Virus record (IMG/VR): IMGVR_UViG_3300028832_002797
Strand: one strand, 5' to 3'
Source of the DNA: a virus
Taxonomy: Duplodnaviria > Heunggongvirae > Uroviricota > Caudoviricetes
Length of the DNA: 64,000 nt
Within the stretch, counting starts at the first letter, position 1; every line of letters starts with the position of its first letter. This document shows, one piece after another, positions 35,133 to 45,035 of this stretch. The notes beneath the pieces are model-generated. The model searched no databases and had not been told where the DNA came from. It worked only from the letters and a program-made list of their open reading frames with translations. The translations under genes and the position numbers were made by a program.

Positions 35133-36449
35133 TTAGTCCTTAAACAGCGTATATCCGGCCTGCAAAAGAATACGTTTCGCTTCGTTGAAATCGTCAACGT
35201 CGGAAATTTCTTCTTTATTCTTCCAATATTCTGCTGTTTCCTTATCAATCTGGTCTACCATGAAGGTAGTAACTTCATCAAAAATCTTAAACAATGTTCT
35301 AGTAGTATAGCCACGGTTGAATACAATCTTGAACTTGTCATAGAATTCCTGGATTGTACCTTCGAAAGCACCTCTCTGACCGACGTGGAACTTACGGTTG
35401 AGCTGGTTCATACAATACTTGTAGCTTTCGACTACCTGCTTCTTATCGACCTTACCAATTTTGGACTTATCGACAGAACCTTCTTCAGCGGCAACTGCTG
35501 CAATCTTCTTGATAACGCCGATAGGAATCGCGAATCCACCGAAGTTACCGGAGAAACTTCCGAAATAATCGGTATCACGGTCGTCAGAACCGGCGAGATT
35601 GCCAGAAGCGATACGACGCTTTTCTTGTTTTTCAATCTGGTCGATGTACTTCGGATCGTCAAGAGCCTTCATGATACGCTTCAATTCACGTTCAAGAGCG
35701 GTTTCATCTGCATGGATAACCTTGTGTCCAGCCATTTCACCAACCATCTTGGCAACGTAGAAGAATAAGCCCTTATTTCCGATAATACGTTCGGCATCCG
35801 GCATATTTAAGAGGTCTTCGAGCTTATCAAGAACATATTCGCTGAGGCAATAGTTATCGCCAGCCTTACGAGCACGGTGCCAGTCCCAGAATTCGTCAAT
35901 GGCTTCTTCATAGCTTCCGGCATAATCCTTAACGACATACGGAGCAAGCCAACGTACAGCCTTATCGTAATCCTTTCCGAAAACTTCCCTAGCCTTTTCA
36001 GGGTCATTTCGGAACATATCAATCATCTGCTGCATAGTCTTGTCCTGACTCGGGTCAAAGGATGAAAGATCATTGCCTTCAGACTTGGCCTTGTAGTATG
36101 CCCAGAAAGTATCAATCATATCATCATACTTGTCTTTGGTTTCTTCAACATAGGCATGATTATCGTCCAAATCGATTTTATAATTCTTTGCCCAGTTGTT
36201 AATATTCCAGTTCAAGTCAATTTTGCCACTGCTTCCCTTCCAATGCTTCATATTGAGCATATTAAGTATCTTTTCAGCGTCATCGCCATAATAACGCTCA
36301 ATGAACTTATAGGCCTGGTTGGGTGTAACCTTTCCCTGATTCTTATTGGCAAAATCCTGAAGAACATAGAGAACGTTAGCGATTGATTCCCTTCCGAGGG
36401 CTCTATCAGAAGCACGGGACATTTCGTTAATAATATTCTTAAATCTCAT
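35133..36449 (-). CDS. hypothetical protein (438 aa)
   Basis: ORF track. Confidence 0.45.
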   Translation of the reverse strand: MRFKNIINEMSRASDRALGRESIANVLYVLQDFANKNQGKVTPNQAYKFIERYYGDDAEKILNMLNMKHWKGSSGKIDLNWNINNWAKNYKIDLDDNHAYVEETKDKYDDMIDTFWAYYKAKSEGNDLSSFDPSQDKTMQQMIDMFRNDPEKAREVFGKDYDKAVRWLAPYVVKDYAGSYEEAIDEFWDWHRARKAGDNYCLSEYVLDKLEDLLNMPDAERIIGNKGLFFYVAKMVGEMAGHKVIHADETALERELKRIMKALDDPKYIDQIEKQEKRRIASGNLAGSDDRDTDYFGSFSGNFGGFAIPIGVIKKIAAVAAEEGSVDKSKIGKVDKKQVVESYKYCMNQLNRKFHVGQRGAFEGTIQEFYDKFKIVFNRGYTTRTLFKIFDEVTTFMVDQIDKETAEYWKNKEEISDVDDFNEAKRILLQAGYTLFKD

Positions 36450-36527
36450 AATAACCTCTATATACTATTTATAAAAAAGACTAGAACCCATAGGATTCTA
36501 GTCTTATATCATCTATGACGAGAAAAA

Positions 36528-37316
36528 CTACTTTTCGTAACGCCCGCCAGTCTTCTGCCGATTTACGTTTTCGATGTTCTTATCACGATAGCACTGGTAG
36601 ATTTCAGCCGGAGTCATTCCGAGATTTACGAAAATCTTGACGAACTTGATAAACATCTTGTCACCAAGTTCTTGAATCTTGAGAGGATCTTCCTTCCATT
36701 CAGAATAGGACTTCCAGTCCTTATAACTCGCACAATTCTGATACAAGTCACCGACTGCTACGATAAAATCACCGATGAGGTACTGAAGACTGTTAGAACC
36801 GATAGTACCTGTCTTGGTATCTTCAACTGCCAAATCATAGAACTTCTGAAGAGTCATCTTCGGACGATACTTGAGGTAAAGCAACTGATTATAAACGAAG
36901 TGCAATGCGTCAACTGCTTCAGCCTTACCTTCCTTGGTTACTTCAAAATTGTCCTTTTCGAGCTGTTCCATGAGTTCGAAGAGTTCAGTAACGGTGCTCA
37001 TCATGAAATAACCTGAACGCTTTGCATTCTGATGGTTATCTTCATTATTTGTCGGAGCAAGAGTACCACGCTTTGCTGCAAGAATATTCTGAAGAGCTTC
37101 CTGCATATTATACATGGTTTCGAGTGCCGTTGCTTCAATATATTCTTCAGGAAAATCAGGAAGCTTAATTTCAGAAGCCTTCAACTGCGGTGGAAGCGGT
37201 ACTGATTCAGCAAACTTCTTAGCTTCTTCTGCACGCTTAGCCAGCTTTTCCTGAAGGACTACGAATTCGTCCCTTTCTTCCTGTACGTTTCCGTACATTT
37301 CACCTGTACTAATCAT
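36528..37316 (-). CDS. hypothetical protein (262 aa)
   Basis: ORF track. Confidence 0.45.
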   Translation of the reverse strand: MISTGEMYGNVQEERDEFVVLQEKLAKRAEEAKKFAESVPLPPQLKASEIKLPDFPEEYIEATALETMYNMQEALQNILAAKRGTLAPTNNEDNHQNAKRSGYFMMSTVTELFELMEQLEKDNFEVTKEGKAEAVDALHFVYNQLLYLKYRPKMTLQKFYDLAVEDTKTGTIGSNSLQYLIGDFIVAVGDLYQNCASYKDWKSYSEWKEDPLKIQELGDKMFIKFVKIFVNLGMTPAEIYQCYRDKNIENVNRQKTGGRYEK

Positions 37317-37672
37317 TAGTTAACCTTCTCCTTTCGACTCTTCTTGGCCGGACGAGCAACAGGCTGTTCAGTCTGGATTTCATCTGCGGACTTCTGAAGA
37401 GTTTCCAATAAATTTTTCTGCATACGGATTGCGTCGAGAATACGAGTAGATTCAGCCGTAAGAAGAGTTTCATTACGTTCGAATTCTTCGTCTGTAAGGC
37501 CAAGCAAATCCTTCATCACAAATTCACGAGAGAAAAGCGGAATAAAACCACTATCCAACTGAGGCATGAACTGTGCGAAAGTTCCCAAAAGCCCCGCAAT
37601 CTTTGCAGAACGTTCATAATCAAATTTCTTTGATGTCTTTGTAGTCTTTGTTGTTTTCTTATTTGTTTTCAT
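37316..37672 (-). CDS. hypothetical basic protein (118 aa)
   Basis: ORF track. Confidence 0.4.
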   Translation of the reverse strand: MKTNKKTTKTTKTSKKFDYERSAKIAGLLGTFAQFMPQLDSGFIPLFSREFVMKDLLGLTDEEFERNETLLTAESTRILDAIRMQKNLLETLQKSADEIQTEQPVARPAKKSRKEKVN

Positions 37673-37735
37673 AATATTGCAAATATAGTAAATAAATTTT
37701 TAACTAATTTTTGTTTACACGAAAAACTTCTGAAA

Positions 37736-38833
37736 TTAAAGGATTTCAAAATACGGTGCGTACTTTTCCATCACTTCTATGACCTTCTTGTATTCAATCT
37801 TGTCGAGATTCTTTGGAAGCATCATACCACCTTTATTAATCAAATCGCCACAATGTGCATAATAAAGGAGCTTATCTTCTTCTCGAGCAATCTTTTCCTG
37901 TTGCATTACAAGAGTGAATTCTTTCTTCGGAAGATACTTCTTGAAATTCGAAATATACTTGGTATAAACGGACTTCAATTCTTCAGCATGTTCAGGATCT
38001 GTCGTTGCAGAGAAAATCATGAGACCATTATTGACATATTCCATAACACCAGCACGAGACTGATATGCGAGACCACGCTTTTCACGGATTTCATGATAAA
38101 GCGGAGAAGTCAACTTACCGTTAAGCATTTCAAGTGCGATAACGACATATGGATAATCCTTCTTAGAAACCGGTTTCTTGCAGATTGCAAAAACAGTTTC
38201 TTTTTCAGGAGCTGGAATCGGCATCAAACTGGTTTTATAATCTTTCTTCCAACGAAGATTAATATTGAGTTCTGGTTCCTTGGTCAAGAACTTGACCTTT
38301 ACACCAGTTGTCTGACGAGGACCAACTTCGACAATACGAACAGGCTTGAAAAGTTCCTTATAGAGCTTCTTGGCGTCTGCAAGGGTGAAATTCATGACAT
38401 CTTCAGTCCTGCCGAGAACTAGGTCATTATTGAAATGCTGGCGAAGAATATTATGAAGCTTTCCTTCAATCGGACGGTTGAATGCGTCAAGAATTTCCTG
38501 ATAAACAATCTTTTGTTCCTTTTCGAAAACTTCCTTAGTAACGTAGGTATCAAAACCACTGGTAACACGTTCGATAAGCAACTTCTTCCATTCCGGAGTA
38601 AGATACTTGTCCATACCAGTAAAATGAACAACGAGCAAATCCGTGCTTGTATAGGCATTGAAATCGATGTTGTATTTCTGGAAATCATCGAATTGATCCT
38701 GAATTGTATTTGTAATCAAATGTTCCATCAGGTGATGACAACCATGCTGACCTTCCTTTTCATAGCTGGAGCCAGCTTTGAATACGATATAAAGACCAGT
38801 TTTCTTAAAAGATTTTTTCTTGTAGATATACAT
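37736..38833 (-). CDS. M16 (pitrilysin/insulinase)-family zinc peptidase-like protein
   Basis: GSSYEKEGQHGCHHLMEHL contains the inverted zinc motif HxxEH preceded by the M16 G-rich segment. Confidence 0.5.
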   Translation of the reverse strand: MYIYKKKSFKKTGLYIVFKAGSSYEKEGQHGCHHLMEHLITNTIQDQFDDFQKYNIDFNAYTSTDLLVVHFTGMDKYLTPEWKKLLIERVTSGFDTYVTKEVFEKEQKIVYQEILDAFNRPIEGKLHNILRQHFNNDLVLGRTEDVMNFTLADAKKLYKELFKPVRIVEVGPRQTTGVKVKFLTKEPELNINLRWKKDYKTSLMPIPAPEKETVFAICKKPVSKKDYPYVVIALEMLNGKLTSPLYHEIREKRGLAYQSRAGVMEYVNNGLMIFSATTDPEHAEELKSVYTKYISNFKKYLPKKEFTLVMQQEKIAREEDKLLYYAHCGDLINKGGMMLPKNLDKIEYKKVIEVMEKYAPYFEIL

Positions 38834-38842
38834 TGTTTTCCC

Positions 38843-39337
38843 TTATATTTTTTCAACAGTTACGCCGTTTCGTTCTAGGAACTGAATTCCTTTCGACCCA
38901 CGATCATATTTGTTTACGTACATGACATGATTGATACCAGATGCGAAGATAAGTCTAGCACAGGATTCACAAGGTTCATGAGATATAACCATAGAAGCAC
39001 CGGCTATATTCATATTCCATTTCAAAGCATAGCCGAGACAGCTCTGCTCCGCATGGATTTCTTGTTCATTTGCGAATTCGTGATGTTTGGCTCTCCATTC
39101 CATTTCTGGAACTTCCTTCCATTCTTCTTCCTTATTATCTCGCAGGTAAAACTTTCCGTTTTCAGATTTAAAAATTTCGTTACAGTTCACTTGTCCGGAT
39201 GGAGTTCCGTTATAGCCACAAGAAATAATACGGCCTTTTTCAACGAGCAATGCAGCGACTTTCATCCTAGAACATTTGCTCAGGTTCTGATATTCCTTAA
39301 GAACTGTTTTATAAAGATGTTTATACTTGAGTTCCAT
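38843..39337 (-). CDS. cd: dCMP deaminase
   Basis: Zinc-binding HAE...PCESC signature (EIHAEQSCLG...SHEPCESCARLI) of cytidine/dCMP deaminases. Confidence 0.75.
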   Translation of the reverse strand: MELKYKHLYKTVLKEYQNLSKCSRMKVAALLVEKGRIISCGYNGTPSGQVNCNEIFKSENGKFYLRDNKEEEWKEVPEMEWRAKHHEFANEQEIHAEQSCLGYALKWNMNIAGASMVISHEPCESCARLIFASGINHVMYVNKYDRGSKGIQFLERNGVTVEKI

Positions 39338-39848
39338 AAAGTATTTCCTTTGGAAGTTCTAAAAACAGTTTACTAATTTTGATTATTTCTTTACGATATA
39401 ATCGGATATAACGACTTCTATCATAAATACGATTTCCATGACCATCCCTGTGAAAACCCGTATATAAACGTTTATGATTAAGTTCGTTTTCAACCAAGGC
39501 TAAAAGTTTTTTTGGTGATGGCATATAAAGTTTATTATCGTTCAAATATAATAATCCAAATTGAAATTTTTTGATAATGCCTTCAATATCGATACGCTGA
39601 TTATTTCTGTTAATTATATCAACACACAAATATTTATCACCATTATCTCCTTGTCCAGTTTTAAGCTGCATATTCCTTGTTTCACCGGTTATCAAATCTC
39701 GAATAATCAGGTCTATACCGTCAAGGTCTTCCTTTGACAAATAACGTGTACATTGAACATTGTACCGACCTTTAAGACGAGCATTCATACCAATAGCAAC
39801 AAGTGGCTGTGCAATTTTTCCAGCCTTTCTAGGATCTTTTTTATTCAT
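39321..39848 (-). CDS. hypothetical basic protein (175 aa)
   Basis: ORF track. Confidence 0.4.
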   Translation of the reverse strand: MNKKDPRKAGKIAQPLVAIGMNARLKGRYNVQCTRYLSKEDLDGIDLIIRDLITGETRNMQLKTGQGDNGDKYLCVDIINRNNQRIDIEGIIKKFQFGLLYLNDNKLYMPSPKKLLALVENELNHKRLYTGFHRDGHGNRIYDRSRYIRLYRKEIIKISKLFLELPKEILYGTQV

Positions 39849-39926
39849 ATAATTTCCTCATTAAAAATTGTTAAAAAGAAAAACAAAATAATAGGAAAAT
39901 TAATTCCTATTATTTTGTCAGTTTGT

Positions 39927-40541
39927 TTAAAATACTTCTACCCATGCGCTTTGCGGCAAATGGTTAACTGTCACATAAGCGGTACATTTTACAATACCGT
40001 TAGGATTAGCTATCCTTTGGGCTTCAATATTCTTGATTTCTTTTTTCAATTTCGGATCTGACAAAGCATAATCCCATGCAGCGTCAGCATCAACGATGAA
40101 CATTCTTGTCCAGTCTTTGCTAACGCAAAGGTACAAGGATAATCCGTCGTTTTGATGGAAATCATATAAAGAACTTATTGGAATTGAACCTGCTACGTAA
40201 GATGGAAGGCCCTTGGCATTTTCAACCATTTCGCAGGATGCAACTTTTAAATCGATCCTATATCCATTTTGGTACCAGTCGCCATTCGACCTATCGAAGT
40301 CGGTAAATTCCCAGTTGTCTTTGTCTTTAAGATGTTTGTTATACTTTACAAGATACTCAGGATTCTGAGTCTTATGCAAAATATTGATTTGCGGCGCAAC
40401 CTTCTTCACGATGCTGATGAAACCCTGTTCTTCGGAATTTCCGTATGTATTCGGAATTACCGTAGGCGGATTTGCAATGCAAGCACCCTTAATTAAAGTT
40501 GAACTACCATTAAATAATGCAGAAATAAGATTTCCTGTCAT
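39927..40541 (-). CDS. hypothetical protein (204 aa)
   Basis: ORF track. Confidence 0.4.
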   Translation of the reverse strand: MTGNLISALFNGSSTLIKGACIANPPTVIPNTYGNSEEQGFISIVKKVAPQINILHKTQNPEYLVKYNKHLKDKDNWEFTDFDRSNGDWYQNGYRIDLKVASCEMVENAKGLPSYVAGSIPISSLYDFHQNDGLSLYLCVSKDWTRMFIVDADAAWDYALSDPKLKKEIKNIEAQRIANPNGIVKCTAYVTVNHLPQSAWVEVF

Positions 40542-40660
40542 TTATTATCTTTGCTCCAAACCGCTTTTGAAGACTTCAAGATGATAATACAGACTTATAC
40601 ATTAATTTGTAGCTCGTCTGCCTGGGGCATAGCGGTAATGCCCTAGTTAGATGTCAAATT

Positions 40661-41515
40661 TTACTTTATACTTTTGATAATATTCGTATATTCAATAATG
40701 TTGGTTACTAACAATCCAATTCCGGAATTATTTGAAAATTCATTGAACTTCTTTGCTCTCGGTTCAGGATTATATTCAAACGAGTCAACGACACGATTAA
40801 TCGCTTCAACATATTCTGTTGGAATATTTTCAAAAGAGATAAGCTTGGAATTTAATAAAAACTGTTCATTGAGATTGTTTTCGTCAAGCCACTTATCGAG
40901 CTCTCCGGAATTAACAATCTTTTCTGCGGTTTTCACACCCGTTCCGCGCTTAATTCCCGGAATGTCATCAGACTTATCACCAGTAATAATCTTTACGAGC
41001 AAATCTGTTTCCGGGTTCAATGTTCCTAAATACTCTTTCTTTATCGCGTCGAACTGGTGATAATTTGGGTAAACAAAAAGTTGCATAAAGTCTCTATCAG
41101 AAGAAACATTATAGCATTCCCACTGTGGATGATACTTCGTAATTACTGCAATTTGGTCGTCAGCCTCGGTCCTGGGCACATCTACGAAATAAATATTGGT
41201 ACCTTCGAACGCTTTTTTCATACGTTCGAGCAAGTTACCCCAGACTTCAAAAAATTTATCGAAATTAACAATAGATGCGGAACGCTTTGCTGCACGACTG
41301 GCTTTATAGCCTTCATAAATGTCCTTACGCCAACTTGTTCCGTCAATACAACAAAATACCCTATTAGGATTGATTTCACTAATAGCCTTAAAGAAAGATG
41401 AGAAGAATGTCGCCTTAAATAACAGAAACTCCTTTTCTTCAGGTCCAGGAGTTTGCGCAAACAAACAGCGCATAATCATGTTAGAAATATCGAGGGTTAG
41501 TATCTTATTACTCAT
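40661..41515 (-). CDS. rnh: 5'-3' exonuclease / flap endonuclease (T4 RNase H / Pol I 5'-exo family)
   Basis: TEADDQIAV metal-binding motif. ITGDKSDDIPGIKRGTGVKTAEK H3TH/helical-arch motif. Confidence 0.75.
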   Translation of the reverse strand: MSNKILTLDISNMIMRCLFAQTPGPEEKEFLLFKATFFSSFFKAISEINPNRVFCCIDGTSWRKDIYEGYKASRAAKRSASIVNFDKFFEVWGNLLERMKKAFEGTNIYFVDVPRTEADDQIAVITKYHPQWECYNVSSDRDFMQLFVYPNYHQFDAIKKEYLGTLNPETDLLVKIITGDKSDDIPGIKRGTGVKTAEKIVNSGELDKWLDENNLNEQFLLNSKLISFENIPTEYVEAINRVVDSFEYNPEPRAKKFNEFSNNSGIGLLVTNIIEYTNIIKSIK

Positions 41516-41558
41516 ACACCCTCAAATATAGGTAAAAATAATTTTTTAGTCTTTCGCT

Positions 41559-42089
41559 CTATGGAGTTTTATCCGACTTTTTGATTTGGTCCATCAGGCA
41601 ACGGCTGATAAAACCTTCAATATCATTGACATCGGTATCGATATAGTAATATTCCTTCTTCAGTTGTTCAACAGTTCCGAAATAATACTTCTTGATATAG
41701 CACTGGGATTTAGTGTCTACTAAGGAATAACCGGAATTATTGGCGAAGGAATAGAATTCAAGCATTTCATTTCCGTTAAAATATTCACGGACTTTCGCAG
41801 CCTGACTGATTATACCTTCCGTCTTTACCTTGTTGATTGTAGTAGTATCAACAACGTAGTCATACACGTTTTCCTTCATGTCGATAATAGTCACCTTCTT
41901 GTCGGTGATAGAAATCTTTGATTCTGTATTCATCGTAGCACAGTAACGAATGTTGTCGATTGCGGTGCAGATTGCATACGTGTTGAATTCCTTGAAAACC
42001 TGGGCGAAGGCACAGGCGACAGAAAAGAAAATGGGTAATACGAACTTAATCATATTACCCAATATAGAAAAATGTTGTGTTTTTGTCAA
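41559..42089 (-). CDS. secreted or membrane-anchored protein (176 aa, N-terminal signal-like sequence)
   Basis: Hydrophobic N-terminus (FVLPIFFSVACAFA). Confidence 0.4.
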   Translation of the reverse strand: MTKTQHFSILGNMIKFVLPIFFSVACAFAQVFKEFNTYAICTAIDNIRYCATMNTESKISITDKKVTIIDMKENVYDYVVDTTTINKVKTEGIISQAAKVREYFNGNEMLEFYSFANNSGYSLVDTKSQCYIKKYYFGTVEQLKKEYYYIDTDVNDIEGFISRCLMDQIKKSDKTP

Positions 42090-42222
42090 TGGTTAAATTA
42101 AAGCGAACATGACGATAATACCACCGAAGAGACCGACAAGGATGAGGGTCGCGATTATCTTCAGTGCTAATTCTTCAATGCCGTTGCCGAATAGGTTTTT
42201 ATCTTCATCTTTTGTCATATCA

Positions 42223-42639
42223 TTAACCTGTTGTATAGAGCATTTTCTTGTAATCCAAATAATTCTTAATAGTAAATCCGAGATTCTTAATGTTCGTCAG
42301 CGTTTCTTCGATAAAGTCATAGTAATACTTCTGAGTATCGTATTCCTTTATTGCCATAAGGTATTTCGAATCCTTGTAAATCTGAGATTCTATTTCCTTG
42401 GTCGTTCCCCAGCTTACGTTATCATTGAACTTGTAATAGTAATAGAGTTCTCCATAAATCTTGTTGAGACTGACCTTTAGCTGCGATACCAGATATTTCT
42501 GGGTAGTATACAACTTCGTCCATTTCTGAATAGTAGAAGGCAATAGGTTATTTACACGCATCACCTCTTCGATATTATCAGGCAATGTCGTATCTTCTTC
42601 TGCATATTTCTTTAAAATTTCAAAATCTTCTACTTTCAT
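42223..42639 (-). CDS. hypothetical protein (138 aa)
   Basis: ORF track. Confidence 0.4.
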   Translation of the reverse strand: MKVEDFEILKKYAEEDTTLPDNIEEVMRVNNLLPSTIQKWTKLYTTQKYLVSQLKVSLNKIYGELYYYYKFNDNVSWGTTKEIESQIYKDSKYLMAIKEYDTQKYYYDFIEETLTNIKNLGFTIKNYLDYKKMLYTTG

Positions 42640-42779
42640 AATTTATCCTTAATGTTTAAATATAGCAAATCCATTACGATTCAATTACAACATATATATA
42701 AAATTTCCATGATTTTTAAAACGACAGAATATTTTGTTTTTAGTTAAAAAATTTTTTACAAAAACTTTCTATACTTGGG

Positions 42780-43140
42780 TTTACATATTCAAGTCTGATT
42801 CCTCGGAACGAAGACCAATCCAATGGAATTATCGGTAGAGGGTCAGCCATTGAAAACTTCAGATACGGGTTTTCCAGAAATGAGCTGGAATATCGTTTTG
42901 AAACATACTCGGTAACAGCTAGTGGAAGTATCAGCGAAGTGCAGATTAGCAATCTGCACGTTTAGCCGCCATGGTTTTAACGGATGTAGCCGAAGTACAG
43001 GATGACCGCCTCGTAAGCCGTTATGTAAATCCCGAAAGATTGACGATGAAGCTTTATACCAAAAGTGGAATAGTCATAGTCTGGAAGTTCCTTCTAGGCT
43101 TATGATCTCTGAATCGCATTACCCAAAAGATAGAACAAAT
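42780..43140. ncRNA. Candidate structured non-coding RNA (about 360 nt, ORF-free, hairpin-rich; strand undetermined)
   Basis: No ORF of 60 aa or more on the plus strand, and only an unconvincing alternative-start ORF on the minus strand. Perfect 9-bp hairpin gtgcagatt-agc-aatctgcac at 42939-42959, with further stems nearby. By eye the GC content is higher than the flanks. Bounded by a promoter-like box and a terminator. Confidence 0.25.
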
Positions 43141-43148
43141 AAAAATAA

Positions 43149-43170
43149 AACCTAGTTTAACAACTAGGTT
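43149..43170 (-). terminator. Hairpin aacctag-tttaacaa-ctaggtt with a long T-run on the minus strand
   Basis: Downstream of the small acidic ORF 43196..43345. Confidence 0.45.
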
Positions 43171-43195
43171 TTAAAATTAAAGATTTTTAAATTAT

Positions 43196-43345
43196 TCTAC
43201 TGATAAATCGATTTCATCAGAAAGTTCTTGCAATTCATCAAGCTCTTCTTCAGAATATTTCTTTTTCTTCTTATTCAATACTGTTTCATCAATCTGAATC
43301 GAATCCAACTCGACGAAATTTTCTTCTGTATTATACATCATAAAT
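43196..43345 (-). CDS. small acidic protein (about 49 aa, MMYNTEENFVELDSIQIDE...)
   Basis: Manual translation. Below the ORF-track cut-off. Confidence 0.25.
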
Positions 43346-43351
43346 TTCTCC

Positions 43352-44212
43352 TTATTTTAACTCACCGATAGGTTCTTCTTTTCTAATCATGCCCTTAGGG
43401 AATCTTGAATCTCTCCAATATTTTGTCATATCCCTGCTTGCACGAATATTAGTAAATTCTTCTGGTTTCAATGTTGGCCATTCTCTGGACCATTTTCCTC
43501 TATAACAGCCAGGTATACCAGCTTCGCTTGCAGATTTTCCATCCTTTATAGCATTTAGGATTTTATTAAGCGTTACGTTATTTTTAGAAACACAGAAATA
43601 TGCAGTTCCAAAATAACTATCTTCAACTTTTACAATAACATTTTTAAGACAGAAATCAACAACGTACTTTTTATCCATCATTGCAACGCCAGTTTCTGTA
43701 TTTTGAACCGCATATCTTTCAATATTACCAAGTTCTGGATATTTAAGCGACATTTCATCCGCTAATTGTTTCCAAATACCAGTATGAGCAGTTTCGGCAG
43801 TATTATTCAGAATCTGACGATAACGTGTAATAGCACGATAGCTCAAAGCACGTCTAGCAGCATCCCATTCAGCTTCCGTAAAACCAACAACACAGTCGCG
43901 GTAATAGTGAAGCATTTCATGAACAAATGTATTTCTAAAAGCTGCAAAAGTACCACAGGCATTGATATTAAGTTTAATTTCAACACCTTCAACTTTACTT
44001 TCGTAAACATTCGGTCTCGGTCTAAAATAGCCGTGAACCCTTGTACCCTTGAACCAACCTAATTTAATCGGTTGAAGCTTGCCGCCGAAGTAAGTATCGT
44101 TAAATTCATTAAAATACTTCTTTAACGCTTCGTCATTCTTTTCGAATTCTTCACCAGTATCTGGGTCTGTAAGCTTAAAGCTTTCGTCTAATAAAAATTC
44201 GTTATTTTCCAT
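43352..44212 (-). CDS. putative zinc metallopeptidase (HExxH; SprT/WLM-like)
   Basis: FVHEMLHYY HExxH motif in a 286-aa protein. Family assignment is tentative. Confidence 0.35.
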   Translation of the reverse strand: MENNEFLLDESFKLTDPDTGEEFEKNDEALKKYFNEFNDTYFGGKLQPIKLGWFKGTRVHGYFRPRPNVYESKVEGVEIKLNINACGTFAAFRNTFVHEMLHYYRDCVVGFTEAEWDAARRALSYRAITRYRQILNNTAETAHTGIWKQLADEMSLKYPELGNIERYAVQNTETGVAMMDKKYVVDFCLKNVIVKVEDSYFGTAYFCVSKNNVTLNKILNAIKDGKSASEAGIPGCYRGKWSREWPTLKPEEFTNIRASRDMTKYWRDSRFPKGMIRKEEPIGELK

Positions 44213-44219
44213 ATATTAT

Positions 44220-45035
44220 TTATGACAATGCTTCAATGAAGGTAATGAACTTCATCGGGATATTTTGGTTAGTAAAGCATGCACAGGAGGACAATTCGTC
44301 ATCGTCGTCGAATTCCGGATCCTTATGGACTGGCCAATTTTCCGGAAGGTCGATTCTGTACATATACATCTGAGGCATTTCCTCGTCATGGTCTTCTTCC
44401 CATTCGATTACAATCTGGTTAAACATGGACTGGGCGAGGTTATACATTTCGTCATTAAGCTTGTGCTGGGCCATTCTTACGCTTGTGTCTATATCTATAT
44501 CCCCTCTGAGAATAAGGACCTTCAAAGCCATCTTACCGTTAATCATGTAGATACGTGGAGGATAGTTGACGCTCTTAGACTTTCTCTTGCAACGGAGACC
44601 GCCGGTTTTAATTAAGTCATCAGGAGTAGCACTGCTTATGTGATAGAACTTGGTAAAATCAAGCTTTCCAAGGAACTTGTTGAAAGTAGCCATGTATTCC
44701 TTGTTTTTGAAAAGCTCAAGTTCATAATAAGGCTTGACGTTATCGACTTCTTCACGTCCCTGACGGAAAATGACTTCATCAGTAGTATAGTTGCCTTCGT
44801 CATCAACGAGAGAACAATCGTCCCAGCCGTTAGCGGCAAAAAACTTGGCAACGTCATGAACATCGAGGTCGTTTTCCTTCAATATGTCCTGGCTGAACTT
44901 TACTTCCATTCCGTTTAGAATCAAACGCTTAGCACAGTTCTGTAACGGAATATGAAATCTTACCCTGAACTTTTTCACAAGTTCCGGCAAGTCTACGAAT
45001 TTAAGCGATTCCGTTAAAATATTCAAAAGTCTCAT
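44220..45035 (-). CDS. hypothetical protein, paralog A (271 aa)
   Basis: Shares the N-terminus MRL.N/E.LTE and the C-terminal DPEF/DPEY...ACFT motif with the neighbouring gene. Confidence 0.45.
   Translation of the reverse strand: MRLLNILTESLKFVDLPELVKKFRVRFHIPLQNCAKRLILNGMEVKFSQDILKENDLDVHDVAKFFAANGWDDCSLVDDEGNYTTDEVIFRQGREEVDNVKPYYELELFKNKEYMATFNKFLGKLDFTKFYHISSATPDDLIKTGGLRCKRKSKSVNYPPRIYMINGKMALKVLILRGDIDIDTSVRMAQHKLNDEMYNLAQSMFNQIVIEWEEDHDEEMPQMYMYRIDLPENWPVHKDPEFDDDDELSSCACFTNQNIPMKFITFIEALS

Noticed and set aside
42740-42952. 70-aa minus-strand ORF inside the candidate ncRNA region
   Set aside because: Begins with a non-ATG (TTG) codon, has no SD or promoter box, and overlaps the strongest hairpin. 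Treated as non-coding.
43149-43175. Hairpin interpreted as the plus-strand terminator of the candidate ncRNA
   Set aside because: The T-run is strong only on the minus strand, so it is more likely the terminator of the small minus-strand ORF 43196..43345. The ncRNA strand is left undetermined.
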